Below are positions 9,223-17,936 of a DNA stretch of 56,174 bases, one piece after another (the stretch's first letter is position 1; each line of letters starts with the position of its first letter). Made by a program: the position numbers and the translations under genes. The stretch comes from Staphylococcus epidermidis (GTDB taxonomy: Bacteria; Bacillota_I; Bacilli_A; RFN20; CAG-826): positions 1 to 56,174 of the forward strand of contig CAMBSI010000003.1 of NCBI GenBank assembly GCA_945870555.1, in the 5' to 3' direction. Under the pieces are notes generated by a model that saw only the letters and a program-made list of their open reading frames with translations, searched no databases and was not told the DNA's origin.

Positions 9223-10150
9223 ATTAACGGTCAAATTAATTGGAACTGGAAAATATGTTCCACCAGGTTTAATTACCAATGCAGACCTTGAAAAAATGGT
9301 TGATACCACGGATGAATGGATCGTATCCCATACCGGCATTAAAACTCGCCATAAAGTGGTCAACGAAACGACTGCAGACTTAGCTTATTTAGCAGCACTA
9401 AATGCCATTGAGAAGGCAAAATTTGATCGAGAAATGATTGATGCGATTATTGTTGCAACCATCACCCCAGATTTTGCGTCTCCAAGCATGGCGGCCGTTG
9501 TCCAAGCAAAACTTGGCTTAAATCATCGCGATATAACTTGCTTTGATATCAATGCTGCCTGTACAGGTTTTGTCTATGCGTTACAAGTGGCAACCGCTTT
9601 ATTAAACAGTCCAAATTATCGTCATATTCTCATCGTTGGTGCGGAAACGCTGACAAAAATTATGGATTACACCGATCGTAGCACCTGTATTCTTTTCGGT
9701 GATGGGGCAGGAGCGTTGCTCGTTGGTCGTGGTCAAAGTCATCAAACCGTTTCGTTTTATACCGCTTCTGAAGGTGACATGGAAGATGTCCTTTCGGTAA
9801 AGGAAGTTTTAAGAATGCAAGGGCAACGAGTGTTCAAATTTGCAATCAACGCGATTGAAAAATCAATTAATCGTTTATTGGAACTCGATGGAAGCCGCCT
9901 GGATATGGTGACAAAAATTATACCTCATCAAGCAAACTATCGTATCGTTGAAGGGGTTGCAGAATTAAAGAAAATTCCTCTCAATAAATTTTTCCTAAAT
10001 TTAGAACATTATGGCAATACATCTGCAGCATCGATTCCGATTGCCTTAGATGAGTTTCTTTCCATGAACCCACTTAAAAAAGGCGATAAATTAATGTTGG
10101 TGGGCTTTGGTGCTGGATTAACTTGGGGCGGAGCGCTTATCAATCTATGA
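9212..10150 (+). CDS. fabH: 3-oxoacyl-ACP synthase III
   Basis: Catalytic C/H/N in AACTGF, PHQAN, GNTSAAS; FGDGAGA; start moved to ATG 9212. Confidence 0.96.
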   Translation: MENKLTVKLIGTGKYVPPGLITNADLEKMVDTTDEWIVSHTGIKTRHKVVNETTADLAYLAALNAIEKAKFDREMIDAIIVATITPDFASPSMAAVVQAKLGLNHRDITCFDINAACTGFVYALQVATALLNSPNYRHILIVGAETLTKIMDYTDRSTCILFGDGAGALLVGRGQSHQTVSFYTASEGDMEDVLSVKEVLRMQGQRVFKFAINAIEKSINRLLELDGSRLDMVTKIIPHQANYRIVEGVAELKKIPLNKFFLNLEHYGNTSAASIPIALDEFLSMNPLKKGDKLMLVGFGAGLTWGGALINL

Positions 10151-11082
10151 AACGATATGCTATCTTGTTTGCAGGTCAAGGGGCCCAAGCGATTGGGATG
10201 GGTATACAAGCTTTAGCTGCAAGTCCTTATCTGACAAGTTATTTTGAATCGATTCAAAAGCATTTACATTTTGATTTAAAAGCAATCCTAACTGGAGAAA
10301 AACCCGGGTTAAACCAAACCGAGTTTACCCAACCTGCTCTTTTAGCAACTTCTTTACTATATGTTCAACAATTACAACATGAACTGCCGCTTCGTCCATC
10401 GTTCTATTTAGGATTCTCGCTTGGAGAATATACGGCGTTACACGCGAGTGGTCATTTAGATTTACCAAGCACATTAAATTTGATTCAAGTTCGGGCGAAT
10501 GCCATGGCAAAGGCTGGTCTAGAACAACCTGGATCGATGGCAGCGATTATCGGCATGAGCGCAGAGGATTTAAATCGCCTTTGTCTGCAAGTCAATCAAC
10601 CAAATCAAATCGTGATGATTGCAAATTATAATTGTCCTGGTCAATTGGTGATTTCTGGACATCAAGAAGCGGTCAAACAGGTGATGAACTTGGCAACCCA
10701 ACATGGCGCAAAACGCGCCATTGCATTGAATGTTTCTGGAGCCTTTCATTCGCCATTAATGAAACCAGCAGGTTCAGTATTGGCAACCGCATTACCAAAG
10801 TTTCGTTTTTTACCTGCCAAGACCCCAATGATTTTTAATTGGACGGGAAAACCCTTAGCTAACCTAAAGGATTTACCCAATCATTTGATTCAACAAGTCC
10901 AATCGTCAGTATTGTTCGAAAATTCGATTCGCTATGTGGCACAAGAAGGGATTCAAGACTTCCTTGAAATCGGACCAGGTAATGTCTTATCTGGTTTTGT
11001 TAAGAAAATTCTTCCAAGTGCAAACGTGGTTTCTTATAACGGTCTAAGTGACCTTAACTTAGTGAAGGAGTTCATCGCATGA
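10147..11082 (+). CDS. fabD: Malonyl-CoA:ACP transacylase
   Basis: FAGQGAQ, TQPA, GFSLGEY, ANYN, SGAFHS; ATGA overlap with the fabH stop gives start 10147. Confidence 0.96.
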   Translation: MKRYAILFAGQGAQAIGMGIQALAASPYLTSYFESIQKHLHFDLKAILTGEKPGLNQTEFTQPALLATSLLYVQQLQHELPLRPSFYLGFSLGEYTALHASGHLDLPSTLNLIQVRANAMAKAGLEQPGSMAAIIGMSAEDLNRLCLQVNQPNQIVMIANYNCPGQLVISGHQEAVKQVMNLATQHGAKRAIALNVSGAFHSPLMKPAGSVLATALPKFRFLPAKTPMIFNWTGKPLANLKDLPNHLIQQVQSSVLFENSIRYVAQEGIQDFLEIGPGNVLSGFVKKILPSANVVSYNGLSDLNLVKEFIA

Positions 11083-11825
11083 ATGACGTCAAAAAAGTTG
11101 CCATCATCACCGGTGGTGCAACCGGTATTGGTTTAGCAATTAGTCAGCAACTCGCAAATGAAGGTTATTGTGTGGTGGTCAATTACAATGCCTCAAAAGA
11201 TGCTGCTTTAGCGTTTGTTCAATCGGTTCAAGCCAAAGGTGGTCAAGCACTTGCCGTCCAAGCGAATATTAGTCAAGTCAAAGAAGCAGAACAATTGATT
11301 CAAACAACCTTACAAACCTTTAATCGTTTAGACGTGCTTGTCAACAATGCAGGGATTACCGATGACACGTTAATGTTGAGGATGACAGAAGAACAATTTG
11401 ATCGGGTGATTGACACAAACTTAAAGGGCGTTTGGGCGATGTGCAAGTTTGCCTTAAAACCTTTAATGCAAAGTGGCCAAGGCCGGATCATTAATATCGC
11501 ATCCGTTGCAGGCATGATGGGGAATGTTGGCCAAGCCAATTATGCAGCTGCAAAAGCAGGTGTGATTGGCTTAACCAAAACTTTAGCAAGAGAAATGGCT
11601 TCTAGAAATCTAACTGCAAACGTGGTTGCCCCAGGATTTATTGAAACCAAGATGACCGCAGGTTTATCTCCACAAATTAAAGAAGCAGCATTAAATATGA
11701 TTCCCTTAAAACGATTTGGACAACCCGTCGATATTGCAAACATCGTTAGTTTTTTAGCCTCAAGTAAGGCACAATATATAACAGGTCAAACGTTTGTTGT
11801 CGATGGCGGGATGACCATGTACTAA
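11079..11825 (+). CDS. fabG: 3-oxoacyl-ACP reductase
   Basis: SDR motifs TGGATGIG, NNAG, NYAAAK, VDGG within the fab cluster. Confidence 0.96.
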   Translation: MNDVKKVAIITGGATGIGLAISQQLANEGYCVVVNYNASKDAALAFVQSVQAKGGQALAVQANISQVKEAEQLIQTTLQTFNRLDVLVNNAGITDDTLMLRMTEEQFDRVIDTNLKGVWAMCKFALKPLMQSGQGRIINIASVAGMMGNVGQANYAAAKAGVIGLTKTLAREMASRNLTANVVAPGFIETKMTAGLSPQIKEAALNMIPLKRFGQPVDIANIVSFLASSKAQYITGQTFVVDGGMTMY

Positions 11826-11838
11826 AGGGAGCATATCC

Positions 11839-13068
11839 ATGAAAAAAAGAGTTGTCATTACTGGGCTAGGAGCGGTTACCCCAATCGGTAACGATGTCAC
11901 CACGATGTGGAAAAATATGCTAAGCGGGATGAATGGTATCGACCGTATCACCTTATTTGACCCATCAAAAAGTAAAGTGAAAATTGCCGCAGAAATTAAA
12001 GGTTTAAATCCTAGTAAATATCTTGATGAACGAAGTGCAAGTAAACTTGACCGCGTCATTGTCCTTGGCATTTTAGCCGCAAGTGAAGCCTATGATGATG
12101 CCAAACTTAAACCAGAATCGGTTGATCCTTATCGCTTTGGAACATTTGTGACATCTGGCATTGGTGGACTAAACTCGATTTGGGCAGAATCACAAGTCGC
12201 AATTAGCCGTGGTGTTGATCGTGTATCGCCACATTTTATTACAAACGCCATCATCAATTTAATTGGTGGAAATATATCCATGCGGTTTAAAGCAAAAGGA
12301 CCAAATTTACCGGTGGTAACGGCTTGTTCTGCAAGTACAAATTCAATTGGAGAAGCTTTCCGATACATTCGCGATGGCTACCTAGATGTAGCCTTTGCCG
12401 GTGGTTCTGAATCCTCAATCAATGATTTAGGAATCGCCGGATTTGCCGTCATGCGTGCCCTTCATATGGGAGAAAACCCAGCTGCGGCAAGTATGCCTTT
12501 TGATAAGAAACGCTCTGGATTTGTCATGGGTGAAGGTGCCGGCGTCTTAATCCTTGAATCGTATGAACATGCCGTTGCAAGAAAAGCAAAAATTTATGCG
12601 GAGCTTGTTGGATATGGTTCAACGTCCGATGCATTCCATGTCACTGCTCCAGATGAAACGGCAGAAGGCATTACCAAATGTATGCAACTTGCAATCCAAG
12701 ATGCAAACATTACCCCTCAAGCGATTGATTACATAAACGCCCATGGAACTTCGACGCCATTAAATGACCGCATTGAAACCTTGGGTATCAAGAAAGTTTT
12801 TGGCGAACACGCATATCGTTTAAATGTATCAAGTACCAAAGGGATGACCGGTCACATGTTAGGTGCAACGGGTGCGGTTGAATCGATCGCTTGTATTCTT
12901 TCGTTGGTGAATCAAATTGTGCCTCCAACCATCACCACGACCGAATTAAGTCCTGAATGCGATTTAAACTATACCCTTGGCAAAGCGGTGAAGCGGTCTG
13001 TTCAATATGCTTTGAATATCAATTTAGGTTTTGGTGGTCAAAACGCTGCCCTTATTTTTAAGAGGTAA
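11839..13068 (+). CDS. fabF: 3-oxoacyl-ACP synthase II
   Basis: TACSAS, AHGTST, GHMLGA catalytic motifs; GFGGQN. Confidence 0.97.
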   Translation: MKKRVVITGLGAVTPIGNDVTTMWKNMLSGMNGIDRITLFDPSKSKVKIAAEIKGLNPSKYLDERSASKLDRVIVLGILAASEAYDDAKLKPESVDPYRFGTFVTSGIGGLNSIWAESQVAISRGVDRVSPHFITNAIINLIGGNISMRFKAKGPNLPVVTACSASTNSIGEAFRYIRDGYLDVAFAGGSESSINDLGIAGFAVMRALHMGENPAAASMPFDKKRSGFVMGEGAGVLILESYEHAVARKAKIYAELVGYGSTSDAFHVTAPDETAEGITKCMQLAIQDANITPQAIDYINAHGTSTPLNDRIETLGIKKVFGEHAYRLNVSSTKGMTGHMLGATGAVESIACILSLVNQIVPPTITTTELSPECDLNYTLGKAVKRSVQYALNINLGFGGQNAALIFKR

Positions 13069-13076
13069 TCTAATCC

Positions 13077-13499
13077 ATGTTTGATTTAAAAAAAATAAAA
13101 ACGATTATTCCTCATCGTGAACCATTCATTTTAATTGATCGGGTCATGCAAAATGAACCATTAATACATAGTGTTGCTGAAAAAGATATTCGTCTAACTG
13201 AATTTTGGGTTCCAGGCCATTTTCCTAATAATCCAGTTTTTCCGGGCGTTCTCATCGTTGAAGCTTTTGCTCAAACTGGGGCAATTTGTATTTTAACTGC
13301 GCCACAATACATTGGAAAAATCGGTTATTTCTCTGCAATCCAAGAAGTTAAATTTAAACGCAAAGTGGTTCCCGGAGACACGCTTCGCCTTGAAGTCAAA
13401 TTAACCAGTTCAAAAGTTGGTTTTTTCTTTTTTGATGGTGAAGCATTTGTCGATGAACAATTGGTATGTGTTGCTAAATTCTCAGTTGCTGTAGGTTAG
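13077..13499 (+). CDS. fabZ: 3-hydroxyacyl-ACP dehydratase
   Basis: PHREPF, GHFP, PGVLIVEAFAQ. Confidence 0.96.
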   Translation: MFDLKKIKTIIPHREPFILIDRVMQNEPLIHSVAEKDIRLTEFWVPGHFPNNPVFPGVLIVEAFAQTGAICILTAPQYIGKIGYFSAIQEVKFKRKVVPGDTLRLEVKLTSSKVGFFFFDGEAFVDEQLVCVAKFSVAVG

Positions 13500-13501
13500 T
13501 C

Positions 13502-14017
13502 ATGACGCTACTCACTTTTGATACGATTGATTCCACCAACAATTATGTAAAAGAACATGCCAATCAACTGGCACACTTTACGGTGGTTCGTGCCCGTTAT
13601 CAAACTGCTGGCCGTGGCCAATTTAATCGCCAATGGCAAAGTAATCCTAATGAAAATTTGTTGGTGTCTTTTTTTCTTAAAAAATTCAAAAAGCATACAA
13701 CAGTTCAAACCATTGAACAAGTCCTCCTTCAATCTTGCCACCATTTTTTTAAACACTTCGGTTTAACCACGGTCCATAAATTACCAAATGATCTCATGGT
13801 TCAAGGCAAAAAAATTGCAGGGATGTTAATTGAAACCAAACAAACGGATGGAAAATTAGATCATGTGATTCTTGGGATTGGTCTGAACATCAATCAACAA
13901 TCTTTTGATAATTTATCAACCGCCACATCCATCGCATTAATTTCCAAGAAAATTCATCCAATCGATGAAGTATTTGAAATATTTTTGACTGCATCAAAAC
14001 CCTTATTATCGCTATAA
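13502..14017 (+). CDS. birA: Biotin-protein ligase, catalytic domain only
   Basis: IDSTN, QTAGRGQ, KLPND, KIAGML, GIGLN; no N-terminal HTH, only 171 aa. Confidence 0.9.
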   Translation: MTLLTFDTIDSTNNYVKEHANQLAHFTVVRARYQTAGRGQFNRQWQSNPNENLLVSFFLKKFKKHTTVQTIEQVLLQSCHHFFKHFGLTTVHKLPNDLMVQGKKIAGMLIETKQTDGKLDHVILGIGLNINQQSFDNLSTATSIALISKKIHPIDEVFEIFLTASKPLLSL

Positions 14018-14020
14018 ACG

Positions 14021-14029
14021 TGATAAAAT
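14021..14029 (+). promoter_or_regulatory. Possible extended -10 promoter for gnd-zwf-cyclase
   Basis: TGaTAAAAT in the birA-gnd gap, followed by an AAGGAG SD; no good -35. Confidence 0.4.
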
Positions 14030-14052
14030 AAGATAGTTAAAGGAGATTTTTT

Positions 14053-15081
14053 ATGTTACATGTTGGCATTATCGGTTTAGGTAGAATGGGTGAAAATATG
14101 TCCCGTCGATTGCTTGAAAAAGGTTTTACAACTTATGGTTATCGGACCTCAATCGATAAATTAAAAGAACAAGAAAAATTAGGTTATATCTCGAAAGCAT
14201 GTCTTGATTTACCCAGTTTAGTCAAGGCAGTCAAAGCAAAACAAAAACGAGGTATTTTCCAATTGGTTGTCCCTGCACAAACGGTTGAAGAAACGATCCA
14301 AACGCTCATCCCTTTACTTGCAAAAGGTGACATCATCATTGATCACGGTAATTCAAATTTTAAGGATTCTAGACGTCGGGCCATCACCTTGAAGGCCAAA
14401 GGCATCGATTACTTAGACTGTGGTACATCCGGTGGCGTTTATGGTTTAGAACGTGGTTATTGCTTAATGATTGGCGGAGAATTAGAGGCGGTTAATTTCT
14501 GTTCCCCTATTTTTGAAACGCTATCCCCTCATGTTGAAGGCGCACCTCGCTTATTACCAAATCTAGCCATCAGTCCAGCTGAACATGGTTGGTTACATTG
14601 TGGTCCAGCCGGTGCTGGTCATTTTGTGAAAATGGTTCATAACGGCATTGAATACGGCATCATGCAAGCCTATGCAGAAGGTTTCAATATTTTAAAACAA
14701 GCAAACTTAGGAAGCAATTTTATTAATAAAGGGGATGCAGAAGTTGCCCCAATGTCGGATCCTGAAAACTATCAATACGCGATTAATGTTCCTGAAGTTG
14801 CAGAATTATGGCGCCGTGGTTCCGTCATTGGTTCATGGTTATTAGACTTAACCGCAGAAGTCTTAAAAAAAGATGGAGCATTAAATCAATTTGTTGGTGG
14901 TGTCTCTGACTCTGGCGAAGGTCGCTGGACGGTTAATGCTGCTGTTGATTTAGGGGTTCCAGCTCCGGTCTTATCCACCGCCCTTTTTGCCCGATTCGAT
15001 AGCCGTGGTCAAGCAGATTTTTCCCGACGTATTCTCAATGGGATGCGATTTATGTTCGGGGGACATCATGTCCGAAAATAA
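14053..15081 (+). CDS. gnd: 6-phosphogluconate dehydrogenase (decarboxylating), short-chain class
   Basis: GLGRMG, DHGNS, DCGTSGG, GHFVKMVHNGIEYG, DSGEGRWT, FGGH. Confidence 0.96.
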   Translation: MLHVGIIGLGRMGENMSRRLLEKGFTTYGYRTSIDKLKEQEKLGYISKACLDLPSLVKAVKAKQKRGIFQLVVPAQTVEETIQTLIPLLAKGDIIIDHGNSNFKDSRRRAITLKAKGIDYLDCGTSGGVYGLERGYCLMIGGELEAVNFCSPIFETLSPHVEGAPRLLPNLAISPAEHGWLHCGPAGAGHFVKMVHNGIEYGIMQAYAEGFNILKQANLGSNFINKGDAEVAPMSDPENYQYAINVPEVAELWRRGSVIGSWLLDLTAEVLKKDGALNQFVGGVSDSGEGRWTVNAAVDLGVPAPVLSTALFARFDSRGQADFSRRILNGMRFMFGGHHVRK

Positions 15082-16351
15082 CGTTCTCGTTATTTTTGGA
15101 TCGACTGGCGATTTAACCTATCAAAAACTCTTACCTGCCTTAGCAAGACTGAACGAACTTTCACCGAAACTTCTTAAAAAAATTGTCTTGATAGGACGAC
15201 AAGTCGAAACCCTTGAAGCCTATTTTCAATATGGCCTCGAGCATGGTTTAGACATGTCAGCAGTTCAACCGATGACTTCAAAACTCCAATACGTTTATTT
15301 ACAAGCATCTGAAACCAATGCTTATGGCATCCTTGAACCAATCTTAAAGCCATATCAAGGTCGATTTTTTTATTTGGCAACCCCACCAAGCATGTTTCAC
15401 CTCATCACCAATGCGTTAAGCATGAAAGGTTTGATTAAAAAAGGCAATCCACAGCATCGCCTTGCTTATGAAAAACCGTTTGGTGAAAATGGTAGCGCCG
15501 CTCAAGTGTTGAATGACATGCTTCACGAAACGATTGAAGAACCACAGCTTTATCGGGTTGATCATTATTTAGCAAAGCCTTTGATTCAACAGTTACTAAA
15601 AATCCGGATGCAATGGGCAACCGTTGGCATGGAAGATCTTTGGAATCAACAACATATCAAAACGATTTCCATCCATGCATATGAATCGATTGGCATTTTG
15701 TCACGAGGCAAATTTTATGATGTTACCGGTGCCTTAAAAGACATGGTTCAAAGTCACTTGCTCGAGACCCTTGCATTATTAATGATGGATTTGCCAAAAC
15801 GAATCGATGATATTAAAACCATTCAAGACCATAAAATTAAGTTTATTCAATCCATTCAACCGATGTTAAATCAAATCATTCTTGGTCAATATAAGGGTTA
15901 TTTACAAGAACTGAATGTGAATCCTTCATCCATCACCGAAACCTTTGCCCATGTGCCAATGACGTCTTCAAGTGCTCGTTGGAAAGGAACACGTTTAACG
16001 ATTACCACGGGCAAAAAATTAGAAGAAAAGCGAACTGAAATCATCGTTGAGTTTCAAAAAGGTCATTCCTTAGTTTTCAATATTTCTCCAACCATTGGGG
16101 TTCAATTTGAAGAGGGTTTTCTTGAAACACTGATGCCACCTTTAAAGCAACATATGCAGCAACTTCATCGCCATCCTTTTGCCCGTGAAGATGCCTACGT
16201 GACGATCTTTAAGGATTGGATCCAAGGAAATCAAACGTTATTCCCTTCCGCTGGAGAAATTGAAGCAACCTGGAACATCATTGATGCGATTAAACAAACG
16301 CCAAACTTACCAAAACCATATTCAAAACTAAAAGATTTGCTTAGAAAGTAG
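15068..16351 (+). CDS. zwf: Glucose-6-phosphate 1-dehydrogenase (divergent, 427 aa)
   Basis: FGSTGDL..KLLP, EKPFG, RVDHYLAK, RGKFYD, DMVQSH, GQY, TGKKL; start moved to ATG 15068 overlapping the gnd end. Confidence 0.9.
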   Translation: MSENNVLVIFGSTGDLTYQKLLPALARLNELSPKLLKKIVLIGRQVETLEAYFQYGLEHGLDMSAVQPMTSKLQYVYLQASETNAYGILEPILKPYQGRFFYLATPPSMFHLITNALSMKGLIKKGNPQHRLAYEKPFGENGSAAQVLNDMLHETIEEPQLYRVDHYLAKPLIQQLLKIRMQWATVGMEDLWNQQHIKTISIHAYESIGILSRGKFYDVTGALKDMVQSHLLETLALLMMDLPKRIDDIKTIQDHKIKFIQSIQPMLNQIILGQYKGYLQELNVNPSSITETFAHVPMTSSSARWKGTRLTITTGKKLEEKRTEIIVEFQKGHSLVFNISPTIGVQFEEGFLETLMPPLKQHMQQLHRHPFAREDAYVTIFKDWIQGNQTLFPSAGEIEATWNIIDAIKQTPNLPKPYSKLKDLLRK

Positions 16352-16362
16352 AGGATAAACCA

Positions 16363-16980
16363 ATGGCAACTTATGACATTTCTATGCCAATCCAATCTGG
16401 GATGAGTGTGTACAAAAACAAACAAGAAAAACAGCCAATTTTTACTCAACAAAATCGCTTAGCAGAAGGTGGAAGTTTTGAAACCACCATCACGATGAAT
16501 GTGCATACAGGCACCCATTTAGATTTCCCTTTACACATGGTGGCAAATGGTCAAAACTCAAGTCAATTTGATATTCATCGACTGCTTCGGGAAGTTCGCG
16601 TGATTGATTGCGGGCAGCTTGATGTCATTGATGAAACCTTCCTACAATCACAACATCTTAAAGCGGGTGAATTTATCTTATTGAAAACGAAAAGTAGTCA
16701 ACATGAAACCTTTCTATTTGATTTTCCTTATCTTTCGAAAAATGGGGCAAGTTTTTGCGTGAAAAAGAAAATTGCTGGTGTTGGGATTGATGCCCTTGGC
16801 ATTGAACGCGATCAACCGGGTCACGAAACCCACCAGTTGTTAATGAAAGCAAATATGCTCATTCTTGAAGGTTTACGATTGGCTAAAGTCCCTGCTGGTT
16901 TTTATCAGATGATTGCCTTACCTTTATCGATACCAAACTTGGATGCTTTACCGGTACGCGCAATCTTGTTATCAAAGTAA
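16363..16980 (+). CDS. Cyclase-family (kynurenine formamidase-like) metal-dependent hydrolase
   Basis: HTGTHLDFPLH family signature, GIDALG, ILEGL. Confidence 0.9.
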   Translation: MATYDISMPIQSGMSVYKNKQEKQPIFTQQNRLAEGGSFETTITMNVHTGTHLDFPLHMVANGQNSSQFDIHRLLREVRVIDCGQLDVIDETFLQSQHLKAGEFILLKTKSSQHETFLFDFPYLSKNGASFCVKKKIAGVGIDALGIERDQPGHETHQLLMKANMLILEGLRLAKVPAGFYQMIALPLSIPNLDALPVRAILLSK

Positions 16981-16989
16981 AGATTCATC

Positions 16990-17931
16990 ATGAAAGATCT
17001 TAAAAAGATTAATATTCTTTTGATGGGAACCCCTGATTTGGCGCGTGATGTTTTTCAAGCGATTGCAGAACAAGGTTATCAAATCGTGGGTGTTGTTTGC
17101 CAACCGGATACCGTCACCGGTCGAGATAAAATTGCGACAAAGCCACCAACCAAAATGTGGGCAGAATCAAAAGGAATACCCGTTTTTCAACCCGAAAAAA
17201 TTAGACTTGATCACGCCTTTTTAAACACACTTGATATTGACTACATCTTGACCCTTGCTTATGGGCAAATTGTTCCCCAAGTGGTGCTTGATAAACCACG
17301 TTTCGGAGCATTTAATTTCCATGGGAGTATCTTGCCAGCATACCGTGGCGCATCCCCGATTCGCTTTGCTTTAATTCATCAAGAAAAAATCACAGGGATG
17401 ACCCTGATGAAAATGGTCCTTGCCATGGATGCAGGCCCAATTTATGCGATCAAACGTATGCCGATTCAACCCGATGACAATTACACAAGTTTATTACAAA
17501 GATTTTCTTCCTTCACGTCTCAGTTTGCAACTCAAATTCTTCCGCGCTTAATCAATGGAGAATTATCACCGATTCCGCAACTTGAATCAGCAGCAACGTT
17601 TGCACCGATGATCAAAAAAGAAGATGAGCATTTACGTTTAGATTTACCTATTATTCAATTGATTGGTTGGGTTCGTGGATTATCGGAAACCCCTGGTGGT
17701 TATCTCCTCTTGGAAGAAAAGAAACTCAAAATTTTACAAGTCTCGATCTTGAATCAAACTGAAAATTATCCTGTCGGAACGCTGATCAAGGTTGATCATC
17801 TCGGTGTTCACTTACAAGTAAAAGGTGGGGTGATGTCGCTCGATCAAGTTCAACTTGAAGGCAAAGGCAAAATGCTTGGAAAGATCTTTGGAAATGGCCA
17901 CAAGCATCTTCAAGGTGTTGTCTTAAGGTAA
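16990..17931 (+). CDS. fmt: Methionyl-tRNA formyltransferase
   Basis: MGTP, VVCQPD, AYGQI, NFHGSILPAYRGASPI, MDAG, VQLEGK. Confidence 0.96.
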   Translation: MKDLKKINILLMGTPDLARDVFQAIAEQGYQIVGVVCQPDTVTGRDKIATKPPTKMWAESKGIPVFQPEKIRLDHAFLNTLDIDYILTLAYGQIVPQVVLDKPRFGAFNFHGSILPAYRGASPIRFALIHQEKITGMTLMKMVLAMDAGPIYAIKRMPIQPDDNYTSLLQRFSSFTSQFATQILPRLINGELSPIPQLESAATFAPMIKKEDEHLRLDLPIIQLIGWVRGLSETPGGYLLLEEKKLKILQVSILNQTENYPVGTLIKVDHLGVHLQVKGGVMSLDQVQLEGKGKMLGKIFGNGHKHLQGVVLR

Positions 17932-17936
17932 TCCGG

